Assembly (NCBI GenBank): GCA_025453525.1
Contig: JALOQD010000028.1
Location: 1 to 42,539 of the forward strand
Reading direction: 5' to 3'
Length of the DNA stretch: 42,539 bases
DNA from: Myxococcota bacterium
GTDB lineage: Bacteria > Myxococcota_A > Polyangia > JAAYKL01
Below, one piece after another: positions 9,784 to 19,618 of the stretch (positions within the stretch are counted from its first letter, which is position 1; every line of letters begins with the position of its first letter). The translations under genes and the position numbers were made by a program. A model generated the notes under the pieces. That model was not told where the DNA came from. It ran no database searches and was given only the letters and a program-made list of their open reading frames with translations.

Positions 9784-12700
9784 TGTTTACCAAGGGAAGA
9801 ACGGGCGCCAAGGGTCTCGCGCCCGAGGGTCAACGGGGAATGATGGCGTTTTCCAAATACGCAAGTGTAGTAGCGGTGTCAGGGGTGCTGTCGATCCTGC
9901 TGCTGGGTAGCTTCCAAGCCTTGGCTCGAGACGGTGCGGGCAGGGCAGAGCGCAAGAAGAAGACTCCGATCATCGCATCGGAGGTCTCTCGCGAGCCGAC
10001 CCCAGAAGAGATCTCCGCGCTCGAAGCAGCGCGCGAAACGGACATGCTGCTCTACGTGAGCCGCGTGCAGGATTTCCGCGGCGTTGTCGACGGCATGGTC
10101 CAACGGGTGTACCGAATGCGGCGAGAGCACATCGACAAGTCCTTTCAGGACCGCATCGTCGCCGAAGAGGCCCTGGTGGAGAGCGCGCGCAAGAGCGCCA
10201 TCGCGTATTTCGAGGAGTTTCTGCGCAAGTATCCGAGCGCTCCGCCGTATACGCCAGACGCGATGTACCGGTTGGCTGAGCTCTACTACGATGACTCATA
10301 CATTAAGTATCTGGATGCTTCCCAGGAGTATGGAGACAGGCAAGAGAAGGGTCTCGAGGACGAGACCGAACCGCCGATGAAGGAGTTCGATCGCTCGATT
10401 GCGCTCTTCCGCGAGCTCATCGTGCGCTATCCCGAATATCGCAACATCGACGGCGTCTACTATTTGCTCGGCTATATCCTCAACGAGACAGCTCGCGAGG
10501 ACGAGGCCCGAATCGCGTGGTTGAGCCTCGTCTGTGCCAACAAGTTCCAGTACGACCCAGTGAAATTCGAGCAAGAAAAAGCAGCCAAACCCGGTGCTGC
10601 CACGAGGCCTTCGGCGAACCTCGACACGGGCGTGGACACGACCCCGAATAAGCCGTTCGTCGATCCTTTTGTGGACTGCAAGCCGGTGACCGCCAATAGC
10701 CGCTTCTTTTTTGAGACGTGGTGGCTCGTCGGCAACTACCACTTCGATTACGACATCTCTCGCCATGGCGTTGAAACCGCCATCGCGGCGTACAAGAAGC
10801 TCATCCAAGATCCAAAGCACAAGTTTTACGACAAGGGTCTTTACAAGCTCGCGTGGAGCTACTTCAAGGCCGACCGATATCCGGAGGCCATCGAGGCCTT
10901 TACCAAGGTGGTGGACTATTCCGACGCCCATGTGGATGCCCGGCGTTCGGGAATGCGTCCAGAGGCCATCCAGTACCTCGCAGTGTGCTTTTTCACGGAG
11001 GACTGGAACGGCGACAACCTGCCGGACTCTGTGGCTGGAATCGACCGGCTTCAGGATGGCAAGCTCATGCCGCAGGACCGGGAGTGGACGCGAGAGGTCT
11101 ATCTTCGTTTGGGTGCGATCTTTTCCGACAATGAGAAGAATCAAGAGGCCATTGCGGTCTATGAGCTCTACTTGAAAAAGTGGCCTCTCGACGTGCAAGC
11201 CCCCTTTGTGCAGGAGAAGATCGCTCTCGAGTACAACAAGATGCGAGACTTCGAGTCCGAGATTAAAGCGCGCGCCGCTCTGGACAGCTATGGGCCCGAG
11301 AGCGCGTGGTGGAAAGCCAATGCCAATCGCCCGATCGAGCAGAACGAGGTCGCGCGCATGGCTCGGGACGCCCTGCTCGAGATGGCCTATCATCGGCATC
11401 GCACGGCGCAGGCGCTGCGGCAAGAAGGCCTCGTGGCCCAAGATGCGGCGCTTCTCGAGCGCGCGATTAAAGAGTACAATTTGGCAGCGCAGGCGTATCG
11501 CAAATTCATTTCCCAAAACCCCGATATACCCGATGCCTACGACATCACCTTCAACTTGGCGGAAACGCTGTTCTGGTCAGGTCAATACGAGGCTGCGCGG
11601 AAGGAGTACACTTCGGTCCGCGATTCCAATCTCGATGACAAGTTCAGGGCCGATGCCGCCAACATGGTCGTGGTGTCTCTCGACAAGATCATCGAGCAGC
11701 AAATTAAAGCAGGCAAGGTCGACATGCGCGCCGAAGCACCCAAGCCAGAGGGCACGCCCCTGGCGGTCGCGCCTATTCCCATGCCAGAGCTGCTCACCGA
11801 GCTCATGAAGGAGCGCGAAACGCTCATCGCCATCAATCCGCAGCACAAGGACGCGGGCAAGTTCAAGTACCAGAGCGCTCAGAACTTTTTCCGCTATGGC
11901 TTCTGGGACGAAGCGAACAAGCGCTACGAGCTCGTTTACAATGAGTACTGCAAGACCGATCCGATCGCCTATGTCAGCTGGCAGACCATGATGAACATGG
12001 CGACGGACATGGGCAATCTGAATGAGAAAGAGCGCCTCGCCCTGATGCAGCAGGAGAAACAGTGCACGGTCGATGGTGTCGAGAAGCTCGGCGGCGACAT
12101 CGCGGCTATCGATATCGGCACAGTGCTCGGCGATGTGGCCATGCAGCGCGCTCTCGAAAAATTCAAGACGTGCATGGACAAGAAAGAGGCGCAGTTGTGC
12201 ACCACTTCAGCGGACGACCTCGTGGCCGCGGTGAACAAGGCGCCTCAACATCCCTCTGCGGACGCGGCGCTCCATAACGCCGCCTTGGCCTATGAGCTGG
12301 CACAGCGGTTCAATAGCGCCATGCAGATCTACGGTCGAATCATCGCCGAATACCCAAAGAGCCCCTACGTTGGGAAATGCCTGTTCCAGCAAGGTCTCGC
12401 GGCGCAGAAATTCTTCGAGTACGAAAAGGCGCTCGACAATTACCGGGTTCTGGCGGACGAGAAGCGCTTCGCTGACTATGAGAACCGCACGGTGTCGATC
12501 TACAACTCGGCGGACATTCTCACGAACCTGCAGAGCTACAACGAGGCGGTTCCCTACTGGCAGCGCTATGCGCGCGAGGAGAAGGATCCGGCCAAGAAGC
12601 TCGAAGCCGAGTTCAACGCTGCGGACATGTATTTCCGCGCCAAGAAGTGGAAGCAGGCGATCAAGTCTTATGATGACTTCATCAAACGCTACAATAAGGA

Positions 12701-13421
12701 CAAGACCGCAGGCCCCCTCGTCGTAAAGGCAGCGTATCGAATCGCCAAGGCGCAGGCAGAAAACGATCGCAAGGCCAAGGTTGCCCCCTCGTGGCGTCAG
12801 ACGATCAGCCACTACGACGCTCTCGTGAACGAACCCGGCTCCATGTCCGCGGAATACGCGGCAGAGAGCGCGTTCTTGCTGGTCGAGGAAGACATGCGCG
12901 CTTTTGAGTCGTTCCAAATCAAGGGCGCGCAGAAGGTGATTGACCAGAAGATTAAAGAGGGCGCTCAGAAGGTCAAGAGTTTCGAAGAGCGCTATCGAGA
13001 CGTTCAGAAATACCGCCGCCCCGAGTGGTCGCTGGCAGCAGAGTGCCGTATCGGCTACGCGTACGAAGTGTTCGCCAAGGCGCTGCTCAATGTTCCTTTC
13101 CCGCCCTTGGACAAAGAATCTCAGAAGATGCTCAAGCAGTTGCCGCAGGAAGATCGCGACCTCGTGATGGTCGAGCTCGAGGACAAGTTCCGCGCCGCCA
13201 TGGAGCAACAGGTGGCGCCCATGGAAGAGAAGGCTCAGTCCGAGTACAAGATCGCAGTTGACCTCGCGAGAAAAGGTAACATCAGCAACGACTGGACGCT
13301 GCTCGCCCTGGAGCGGCTCAATGCGTACGATCCCGACACGTACCCGCGCCAACACAACGGAGTCGTGCTCATGCAGGATTCGTCGCTCGCCGGTCCGCAG
13401 TGGGCCTCGGAGGCCAAGTAA
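9783..13421 (+). CDS. Large periplasmic TPR protein, GltD/AgmU/NfsD-like
   Basis: 1212 aa; signal peptide; many TPRs (DAMYRLAELYY, KGLYKLAWSYFK, AALHNAALAYE); TGATG overlap upstream and TAATG overlap downstream; gene context. Confidence 0.75.
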   Translation: MFTKGRTGAKGLAPEGQRGMMAFSKYASVVAVSGVLSILLLGSFQALARDGAGRAERKKKTPIIASEVSREPTPEEISALEAARETDMLLYVSRVQDFRGVVDGMVQRVYRMRREHIDKSFQDRIVAEEALVESARKSAIAYFEEFLRKYPSAPPYTPDAMYRLAELYYDDSYIKYLDASQEYGDRQEKGLEDETEPPMKEFDRSIALFRELIVRYPEYRNIDGVYYLLGYILNETAREDEARIAWLSLVCANKFQYDPVKFEQEKAAKPGAATRPSANLDTGVDTTPNKPFVDPFVDCKPVTANSRFFFETWWLVGNYHFDYDISRHGVETAIAAYKKLIQDPKHKFYDKGLYKLAWSYFKADRYPEAIEAFTKVVDYSDAHVDARRSGMRPEAIQYLAVCFFTEDWNGDNLPDSVAGIDRLQDGKLMPQDREWTREVYLRLGAIFSDNEKNQEAIAVYELYLKKWPLDVQAPFVQEKIALEYNKMRDFESEIKARAALDSYGPESAWWKANANRPIEQNEVARMARDALLEMAYHRHRTAQALRQEGLVAQDAALLERAIKEYNLAAQAYRKFISQNPDIPDAYDITFNLAETLFWSGQYEAARKEYTSVRDSNLDDKFRADAANMVVVSLDKIIEQQIKAGKVDMRAEAPKPEGTPLAVAPIPMPELLTELMKERETLIAINPQHKDAGKFKYQSAQNFFRYGFWDEANKRYELVYNEYCKTDPIAYVSWQTMMNMATDMGNLNEKERLALMQQEKQCTVDGVEKLGGDIAAIDIGTVLGDVAMQRALEKFKTCMDKKEAQLCTTSADDLVAAVNKAPQHPSADAALHNAALAYELAQRFNSAMQIYGRIIAEYPKSPYVGKCLFQQGLAAQKFFEYEKALDNYRVLADEKRFADYENRTVSIYNSADILTNLQSYNEAVPYWQRYAREEKDPAKKLEAEFNAADMYFRAKKWKQAIKSYDDFIKRYNKDKTAGPLVVKAAYRIAKAQAENDRKAKVAPSWRQTISHYDALVNEPGSMSAEYAAESAFLLVEEDMRAFESFQIKGAQKVIDQKIKEGAQKVKSFEERYRDVQKYRRPEWSLAAECRIGYAYEVFAKALLNVPFPPLDKESQKMLKQLPQEDRDLVMVELEDKFRAAMEQQVAPMEEKAQSEYKIAVDLARKGNISNDWTLLALERLNAYDPDTYPRQHNGVVLMQDSSLAGPQWASEAK

Positions 13422-14818
13422 TGTCGACCACGACTCGTCTTCTGGTGCGTGTTTGCATGGCGGCGAGCGTCGCGCTGTGGGCCGGATGTGGTGGGGCCTC
13501 GAAGAAGGACGGTGCCTCGGCGTCGACTCCTTCGGGCCTGCCTCCGGGCGCCGGCGGCCCGCAGTCGGCCGGGGGGACAGCCTCGCAAGCAGCGACACAA
13601 CCGAATGAGCATCAGCTCTCTCCTGACGCGCGATCCGTTTACAACGACGGTCTGCAGGCGGCGAAAGCCGGGGCCTTGGCCAAGGCAGAGCAAGCCTTCA
13701 AGAACACGGTGCAGCTCGACCCCAAGGCGCCCCAGCCGCTCTACAATCTAGGCGTGCTCGCTGAACGCAAGGGCGATGACGAGACTGCGCGCCGATACTA
13801 CCTGCAGGCCCTCTCGGTGCAGGAGGACTACGCGCCGGCTGTGCTCGCCCTCATAAAGCTCGACCTGCGCACCGGAAACGGCACCAAGGCGGTGGATTTC
13901 GGAAGAGCCAAGGCGGAAAAGTTTTCCAAAGACAAATGGATTCTTGCCGCGTATGCCGAGGCGCTCATCGGCGCACGTCGCTACAAGGATGCAATAGGCG
14001 TTTCCAAAGACATCCTGCGGGTCGACGAGCGGGACGCCGACGGTTTGCTCGCCATGGCCAAGGCCAATTTGGGCATGGGGCGACTCGAGCTCGCAGAGTC
14101 TGTCTTCGATCAGGTGTTGGCAGTGGATCCGAACCGGGTGGAGGTGTTCTTCCTGCGAGCGGGGATCCGCCTGGGCGAGGGTCAAAAGGCCGCAGCGATT
14201 GAAGAGTACAAAAAGGTGCTGGCAAAACAGCCCGACCACGTCGAGGCTCTCAATAATCTGGCGAATATGTACCTGCTTTCTGGCAACTACGCACAAGCGG
14301 CGGAGCTTTTGGGAAAGGCCGTGACCCTCGCTCCGAGCATTCCCGAGCTGCGGTTGAATTACGGCAATGCCTTGCGCGGCGCGGGCAAGTGGCCTGCGGC
14401 CAAGACCCAGCTTCTCGAGGCCCGGAAGATTTCGAATCGCTTCGCAGCGCCGCTGTTCAACCTCGCTTTGGTATACTACGTTGCCGAAGAGCTCGACGGC
14501 ATGGACCGGACCGCTCGGCTCAACGAATCCAAAAAATTGTTTGCTCAGTACAAATCAGAGATGGGCTCGGCTCTGACCAAGGACGACCCGGTTGCAAAGT
14601 ACCTTAAAGAGGTACAGATGGCTCTGGACCGAGAGGCCAAGCGCATCCAAACCGAGAAGGACCGCGTCGTGCGGGAAGGCGAGCGCGCCAAGCAGCGCGA
14701 GGCCGAAGAGGCGCGCAAGGCAGCCGAAGCTGCCGAGGCTGCCAAGGCGCCGAAGGATGGCAAGGCCGAGGAAAAGAAAAAAGACGAGAAGAAGCCGGCG
14801 GAAGACGGATGGTATTGA
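13421..14818 (+). CDS. TPR lipoprotein, GltE/AglT/NfsE-like
   Basis: ATG overlaps the upstream TAA; lipobox WAGC; tandem TPRs (PLYNLGVL, EALNNLANMY, LRLNYGNALR); charged C-terminal tail. Confidence 0.8.
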   Translation: MSTTTRLLVRVCMAASVALWAGCGGASKKDGASASTPSGLPPGAGGPQSAGGTASQAATQPNEHQLSPDARSVYNDGLQAAKAGALAKAEQAFKNTVQLDPKAPQPLYNLGVLAERKGDDETARRYYLQALSVQEDYAPAVLALIKLDLRTGNGTKAVDFGRAKAEKFSKDKWILAAYAEALIGARRYKDAIGVSKDILRVDERDADGLLAMAKANLGMGRLELAESVFDQVLAVDPNRVEVFFLRAGIRLGEGQKAAAIEEYKKVLAKQPDHVEALNNLANMYLLSGNYAQAAELLGKAVTLAPSIPELRLNYGNALRGAGKWPAAKTQLLEARKISNRFAAPLFNLALVYYVAEELDGMDRTARLNESKKLFAQYKSEMGSALTKDDPVAKYLKEVQMALDREAKRIQTEKDRVVREGERAKQREAEEARKAAEAAEAAKAPKDGKAEEKKKDEKKPAEDGWY

Positions 14819-14841
14819 CGTTTCGACCCGTCGCGCTGGTT

Positions 14842-14860
14842 GCGAAAAAACTTTTTTCGC
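14842..14860. promoter_or_regulatory. Perfect 9-bp inverted repeat upstream of the motor genes, possible operator
   Basis: GCGAAAAAA-C-TTTTTTCGC in an AT-rich 234-bp gap. Confidence 0.35.
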
Positions 14861-15052
14861 CAGGTGGCACAAGATGATTTGGAAGTTTTTGGCAAAAAAA
14901 ATTGGTGCACCATTGATCGTCATGCTAGGATGTTTTGACTTTCGCGTATGGAGAACGCGCGAGTTTGAACAGGCCGATAAACGCGAGAACGCTCGAGCAG
15001 ATGAACGCACCGCTTTTAGGGTGCCAGTGCCGAGATAAGGAGGAGACCCCCC

Positions 15053-15706
15053 ATGATGCAAGGAATCGCGGAAGCCTTCGTGACCGGTGGTGGCTGGATG
15101 TATGTGATCATCATCCCGTCTGTCGTCGGATTGGGTGTGATGGTCGAGCGTTTTGTTTTCCTGTTTTTCAAGTACAACATCAACGCTAAGGCTTTCATGG
15201 CCCAGATTAACAAGCTGGTCATGGCCAACAACATCGACCGCGCCATCAAGCTCTGCAACGCCGCCCCCAACGCAGCGCTGCCCAAGGTGATCAAGGCCGG
15301 TCTCACGCGCGCCAACAAGGGCGAGCTCGAGATCTCGAACGCCATCGAAGAGGCGACCCTCGAGGTCGTGCCGGTTGTCACAAACCGCACGCCTCTGCTC
15401 GGCGGTGTGGCGAACGTCGCAACGCTGCTCGGTCTGCTCGGAACGATCACCGGTCTGATTCAAGCGTTCGCCGCTCTGGAGTCTGCGGCTCCTGAGCAGC
15501 GCGCCGCCGCTCTTGCCCGCGGTATTGCCGTGGCCATGAATACGACGGCCTTTGGTCTGATCGTGGCCATTCCCTGCATGGCCGCGCAGATGTTCTTGCA
15601 AAGTGTCACCAAGAAGATTCTCGACGAGATTGACCAGTATTCGGTCAAGCTCGAGAACCTCCTCGTGTCTCGCATCCGCGCTGGCGGTATGCCGATGCAG
15701 CAGTAG
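15053..15706 (+). CDS. MotA/TolQ/ExbB proton channel protein (AglR-like)
   Basis: AAGGAGG RBS; three TMs; ANVATLLGLLGTITGLI and GIAVAMNTTAFGL motifs. Confidence 0.93.
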   Translation: MMQGIAEAFVTGGGWMYVIIIPSVVGLGVMVERFVFLFFKYNINAKAFMAQINKLVMANNIDRAIKLCNAAPNAALPKVIKAGLTRANKGELEISNAIEEATLEVVPVVTNRTPLLGGVANVATLLGLLGTITGLIQAFAALESAAPEQRAAALARGIAVAMNTTAFGLIVAIPCMAAQMFLQSVTKKILDEIDQYSVKLENLLVSRIRAGGMPMQQ

Positions 15707-15823
15707 GAATCGGTTCGCGGTGTTGAGCCGTTGCAGTGCGCGTGTTGCGAAGACGAAGTGTAAGGTCGAAGAGACACAGCGCACAAAAGGCTTTCGTTCC
15801 GTTCGGGAACTTCCACTTTCTCT

Positions 15824-15851
15824 TGGCGCAAGCCCGTTGGGCGCCATTTTT
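15824..15851 (+). terminator. Possible weak intrinsic terminator/attenuator between exbB and exbD1
   Basis: TGGCGC-N11-GCGCCA followed by TTTTT. Confidence 0.3.
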
Positions 15852-15874
15852 AAGTGGGTCGAAGGAGTGGTGTC

Positions 15875-16384
15875 ATGGCAATAAAACGGCGCGCTGAAGC
15901 CAACATGGATGGCGATCCCCTCATCCCCATCATGAACCTGGTGTGCATGCTCATTCCGCTGCTCCTCTATGGCGCGGTTTTCATCAAGTTCATGACGATC
16001 GAGGTCAATTCGCCCAAGATCAGCTCTGGAGCTCCCGCAGATCCGCAGGAGCAGGACGAGAAGCTCAATCTCACCGTGATGATCACGGACCAGGGCTTCA
16101 CGTTCAAGGTGAACCCCAAGTTCCGGCTGCCTTGGATGGGCATGGCGACCGATGCGGCAAACGCCGGTCCTGACATTCCCAAAAAGGATGACGACTGGGA
16201 CTACGCGGAGTTCAACCGCAAGCTCAAAGAGCTCAAAGAGAGCCATCGAGAAGAGACGCAGTTGATCCTGGGTGCAGAAGACGACATCAAGTACGACGTT
16301 CTCATCAAAGCCATGGACTGGTCTCGCGGAACGGGCGAAGATCCGCTCTTTCCTGCTGTGACCCTGACGCGTGGCGTTGTCTGA
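15875..16384 (+). CDS. ExbD/TolR family protein 1 (AglQ-like)
   Basis: AAGGAG RBS; N-terminal TM PIMNLVCMLIPLLLYGAVF; C-terminal LILGAEDDIKYDVLIKAMD...LFP. Confidence 0.88.
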   Translation: MAIKRRAEANMDGDPLIPIMNLVCMLIPLLLYGAVFIKFMTIEVNSPKISSGAPADPQEQDEKLNLTVMITDQGFTFKVNPKFRLPWMGMATDAANAGPDIPKKDDDWDYAEFNRKLKELKESHREETQLILGAEDDIKYDVLIKAMDWSRGTGEDPLFPAVTLTRGVV

Positions 16385-16517
16385 GGTTTTTCGTTTTTTG
16401 TTCCGGCGTTCGCGTGTTCGGTGTGGGTTCGTCGGTTGCGCTGGCCTGGCTTCTTGAGTAGAATTTTTGGGTCTATCCAGAAGCAGGCGAGACAGACTAT
16501 TCCACGGAGGCGAGAGA

Positions 16518-17087
16518 ATGAACTCCCAGCAGCCAGATAATGAAGTCGACGCCCTGTGGCTCGAGAAACGCAAAGCAGCCAAAGCCAAGCGTAAGCAGCG
16601 GGCAATAGAGCCGCCCGTCCTCATGATCACGTCTCTCATGGACGCGTTCACGATCATTCTCGTCTTCCTCCTCAAATCCTTCGGAGCCGACCCTGTTCAG
16701 ATCCGCGAGTCGGACGACCTGCGGTTGCCTCGTACCACTTCGAGCAAAAATCTCGAGGATGCCGTGGTTATCAGCATCTCCTCCAAGGCCATTCAGGTCG
16801 ATGATAGGAAAGTGGCGGACTTGCGCAACGGAATGGTCGACGAGAGCCTGAAACGCGACGGCGCCGATGGCCTGCTCATCAATCCGCTGTATGATCAGCT
16901 CAAAGAAAAGGTGCAGCACCTCAAGATGGTGGCTGCTCGGACCGGTTCTGAGTTCAAGGGCAAGGCGCTGATCGTGGGTGACAAAGGCACGAACTACCGC
17001 GTCATCACCGAGGTGCTGTACACGGCGGGTCAAGCTGAATTCAACAATTTTTTGTTCGTGGCCGCCGAGGGCAAGCTAGAACCGTAG
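16518..17087 (+). CDS. ExbD/TolR family protein 2 (AglS-like)
   Basis: GGAGG RBS; TM ITSLMDAFTIILVFLLKSF; IVGDKGTNYRVITEVLYTAGQAEF. Confidence 0.9.
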   Translation: MNSQQPDNEVDALWLEKRKAAKAKRKQRAIEPPVLMITSLMDAFTIILVFLLKSFGADPVQIRESDDLRLPRTTSSKNLEDAVVISISSKAIQVDDRKVADLRNGMVDESLKRDGADGLLINPLYDQLKEKVQHLKMVAARTGSEFKGKALIVGDKGTNYRVITEVLYTAGQAEFNNFLFVAAEGKLEP

Positions 17088-17170
17088 CCTCCTCAATGCC
17101 AGGGGGCGTTTTAGAGCGGTTGCCGCGCCTCGACGTCCTAACGGTGACAACAGTGAAGAGGGTATAGTCG

Positions 17171-18655
17171 ATGGCGGCTCCGAATCCAACTCAAGCCAAG
17201 AACAATCCCCCACCAGGGGCTCGCGGCGCTCGACCGGCGGAACCTCCGAAACCCGAGGGGCCGAAGGTCCTGCGAATCGGCATTATTCAGGGCGGAAAGA
17301 TCATCGAAGAGCGCATCATTCGCACGCGTGACACCGTGACGGTGGGGCCTTCCGAGAAGAACACGTTCGTCATTGCCTCCAACGATTTGCCCAACCGGTT
17401 TGAATTGTTCGAGACAAAAGACGGCGCTCACTACACCTTGAATTTCACCGATGTGATGACCGGGCGCTTGGCCTTCGAGGGAGGCGTCAAGGACCTCGCC
17501 GAGTTGCGGACGAGCGGAAAAGCCCGCGCCAAGGGCAAGGTCTATCAGCTCGACATCGATGATAAGTCCCGCGGCAAGGTCGTGATCGGTGAAACCACGG
17601 TGCTTTATCAGTTCGTGGCGCCGCCGCCCATTCAACCTCGGCCTCAGTTGCCAGCCGCGGTTCGGGGTGGCCTGTTCAAGGACATCGAGTGGTTCGTCAC
17701 GATAGCGTTGCTCGTCTCGCTCGTCGGCCATGTCGGGTTCGTCGGTGCGCTCGTCGCTCACGATTGGCCCAAGGTGAGCATGATGGACAAGTACATGCAG
17801 CTCCAAGAGCTCATCGCGGCGAGCGACGCAACCTTCGAGGACAAAAAGCAAGCGGACCAGGCAGACACGAACGCCGAGGGCGACGCTGCCACGGACAAAG
17901 AGGAAGACAAGAAGGCGAGCGACGATAAAAAGAACGCCGGCAAATCCAAGGCGGCAGATGAGGACCAGGGGCCTAAAAAATCGGCCGAGGAGGTCGCGCG
18001 AGAGCGCGCCGAGCGTCGTGCGGCCCTTGCCGAACAACTCGCGCAACGAGGGCTCAATAAGATCCTCGGCAGCATGGGCGGAGGCGAGGCTGGCGGAGCG
18101 ATATCGGACGTGCTGCGCGGCGGCGACGTCGGCGCAGACCAAGACGAGCTCTTGTCCCAAGTGGCTGGCGTGGGCGTTGCGACCGGAGACGCTGCCGGAA
18201 AATTGCGAGGACCCGCCGGAGGCAAGGGTTCGGGCGAAGCGGCGGACATCGATCAAATTCGCATGGCCGGCGGCGATGCGGATGTGCGCACATCTGGCGC
18301 AGGGAGCGAGCGGGCCGTTCGCGGCAATGTAAAGCGCAGAGATCCCACTGCCGTAGACGGCACCGGCGTTCTCAATCCCCAGGAGGTGGCGAAGGTCGTG
18401 GCGCGCCGAATTGGGGCCATTAAAGGGTGTTACGAGAGAGCCCTGCGTCGCAATCCCAATCTGGAGGGTAAGATCACCGTGAGGTTTACTGTGGCGGGTA
18501 GCGGAAAGGTGACCTCTGCGAATGCCACACAGAATGAGCTGGGTGGCGAGGTGGGAGACTGCATCATCTCGGCCTTCAAGGCCTTCAGGTTCCCGCCGCC
18601 CGAGGGCGGCTCCGCTACGTTCGAATACCCGTTCATGTTTACTCCAGCGGGCTGA
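17171..18655 (+). CDS. GltG/PglI/AgmX-like transducer: cytoplasmic beta domain (FHA-like), TM, flexible linker, TonB-C-like domain
   Basis: TM WFVTIALLVSLVGHVGFVGALV with an SxxxH motif as in TonB/TolA; C-terminal VVARRIGAIKGCYERALRRNPNLEGKITVRFTV...VGDCI...FRFPPP...FEYPFMF. Confidence 0.85.
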   Translation: MAAPNPTQAKNNPPPGARGARPAEPPKPEGPKVLRIGIIQGGKIIEERIIRTRDTVTVGPSEKNTFVIASNDLPNRFELFETKDGAHYTLNFTDVMTGRLAFEGGVKDLAELRTSGKARAKGKVYQLDIDDKSRGKVVIGETTVLYQFVAPPPIQPRPQLPAAVRGGLFKDIEWFVTIALLVSLVGHVGFVGALVAHDWPKVSMMDKYMQLQELIAASDATFEDKKQADQADTNAEGDAATDKEEDKKASDDKKNAGKSKAADEDQGPKKSAEEVARERAERRAALAEQLAQRGLNKILGSMGGGEAGGAISDVLRGGDVGADQDELLSQVAGVGVATGDAAGKLRGPAGGKGSGEAADIDQIRMAGGDADVRTSGAGSERAVRGNVKRRDPTAVDGTGVLNPQEVAKVVARRIGAIKGCYERALRRNPNLEGKITVRFTVAGSGKVTSANATQNELGGEVGDCIISAFKAFRFPPPEGGSATFEYPFMFTPAG

Positions 18656-18899
18656 TGAGTGGGCCACGAAGAGGGAGCGTTCTCATGGCTTTGAACGCAA
18701 TGCAGAACCCTTGGCAAACAAGCGCATCTGGAAAGACGAAACGCGGCGGCGAGCGCTTTCGAATTTATTGGGTTGCGGCCCCACGGTTTGTGAGTATTGT
18801 TAACGCTATTCAAAAAGGTTTTGAAATTTCTTGTTCGAATGGCGGTTTGCTTGGGAGCGGTGCGCAAAGAGGCTTGAGAGCTCTCGAGGAGTGAGGGAG

Positions 18900-19520
18900 A
18901 TGACGAAACTGCGAAGGTTCTCTTGGGCATGGGTCAGCGCGGGGCTGCTCGTGACGGGCGTTGTCTTGGACGGCCCAGTGCACGCGCAGGAGTCTGCACC
19001 TCTCCCGACGTCTGGATCTTCGAGCGCTGCGGATGTCGCGGTGGATGTCACCGTGCGCAGTGACGCGCCGCTCACGGGAGAGCAGAAGCTCGCGTGGGTC
19101 GAAGAGCAAACCCGCAAGGCTCGCCAGAGCAAAATCGTCGTGCAAAACATGCTCGACCAGTCTCGACGCGAGAAGGACACCATCAAAATTACCTGTCTCG
19201 ATGACAAGTTCACGCAGATCAACGTGAACCTTCGAGGGATCGAAGAGCGCACCGTGGGCCTCGAAACCGCGGTTCGCGCGAACGACGAAGAGGGAGCCGG
19301 TCAGCAGTTCACCATTCTCAAGGTCTATGTGGTGCGAGTGCAGGGTCTCGTGGCAGAGGCCGAGAATTGCATCGGTGACGTTGACGTGGTACTTGGTGAA
19401 TCTGAAACTATCGTGACGGTGGACGACGACATCACGGCAGAAGATCCGTCGAATGCGTCGACCCCGGAACCCGTGGATCCAGGTGTTGAGCAGCCTACGC
19501 ATCGCAGCGGTTTTTATTGA
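18900..19520 (+). CDS. Secreted helical hypothetical protein with two Cys
   Basis: GAGGGAG RBS; signal peptide ...DGPVHA|Q; KDTIKITCLDDK and EAENCIG. Confidence 0.75.
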   Translation: MTKLRRFSWAWVSAGLLVTGVVLDGPVHAQESAPLPTSGSSSAADVAVDVTVRSDAPLTGEQKLAWVEEQTRKARQSKIVVQNMLDQSRREKDTIKITCLDDKFTQINVNLRGIEERTVGLETAVRANDEEGAGQQFTILKVYVVRVQGLVAEAENCIGDVDVVLGESETIVTVDDDITAEDPSNASTPEPVDPGVEQPTHRSGFY

Positions 19521-19618
19521 GTGCACAATGGGAGATATTTTGCGTTTCATTGGGCAAGCGAGCGCGGAAGTTGTCGAGATTAGGAGGGGCGAGGTGCCGT
19601 TAGGTGGCACAGCGTGAG

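Noticed and set aside
14555-16675. 706-aa minus-strand ORF and other long antisense ORFs (10296-11516, 12207-13598, 17138-18667, 19643-20962)
   Set aside because: Antisense to well-supported genes and with no recognisable motifs
14819-18899. A small gltF-like gene in one of the intergenic gaps
   Set aside because: No signal-peptide-bearing ORF with GltF-like sequence was found
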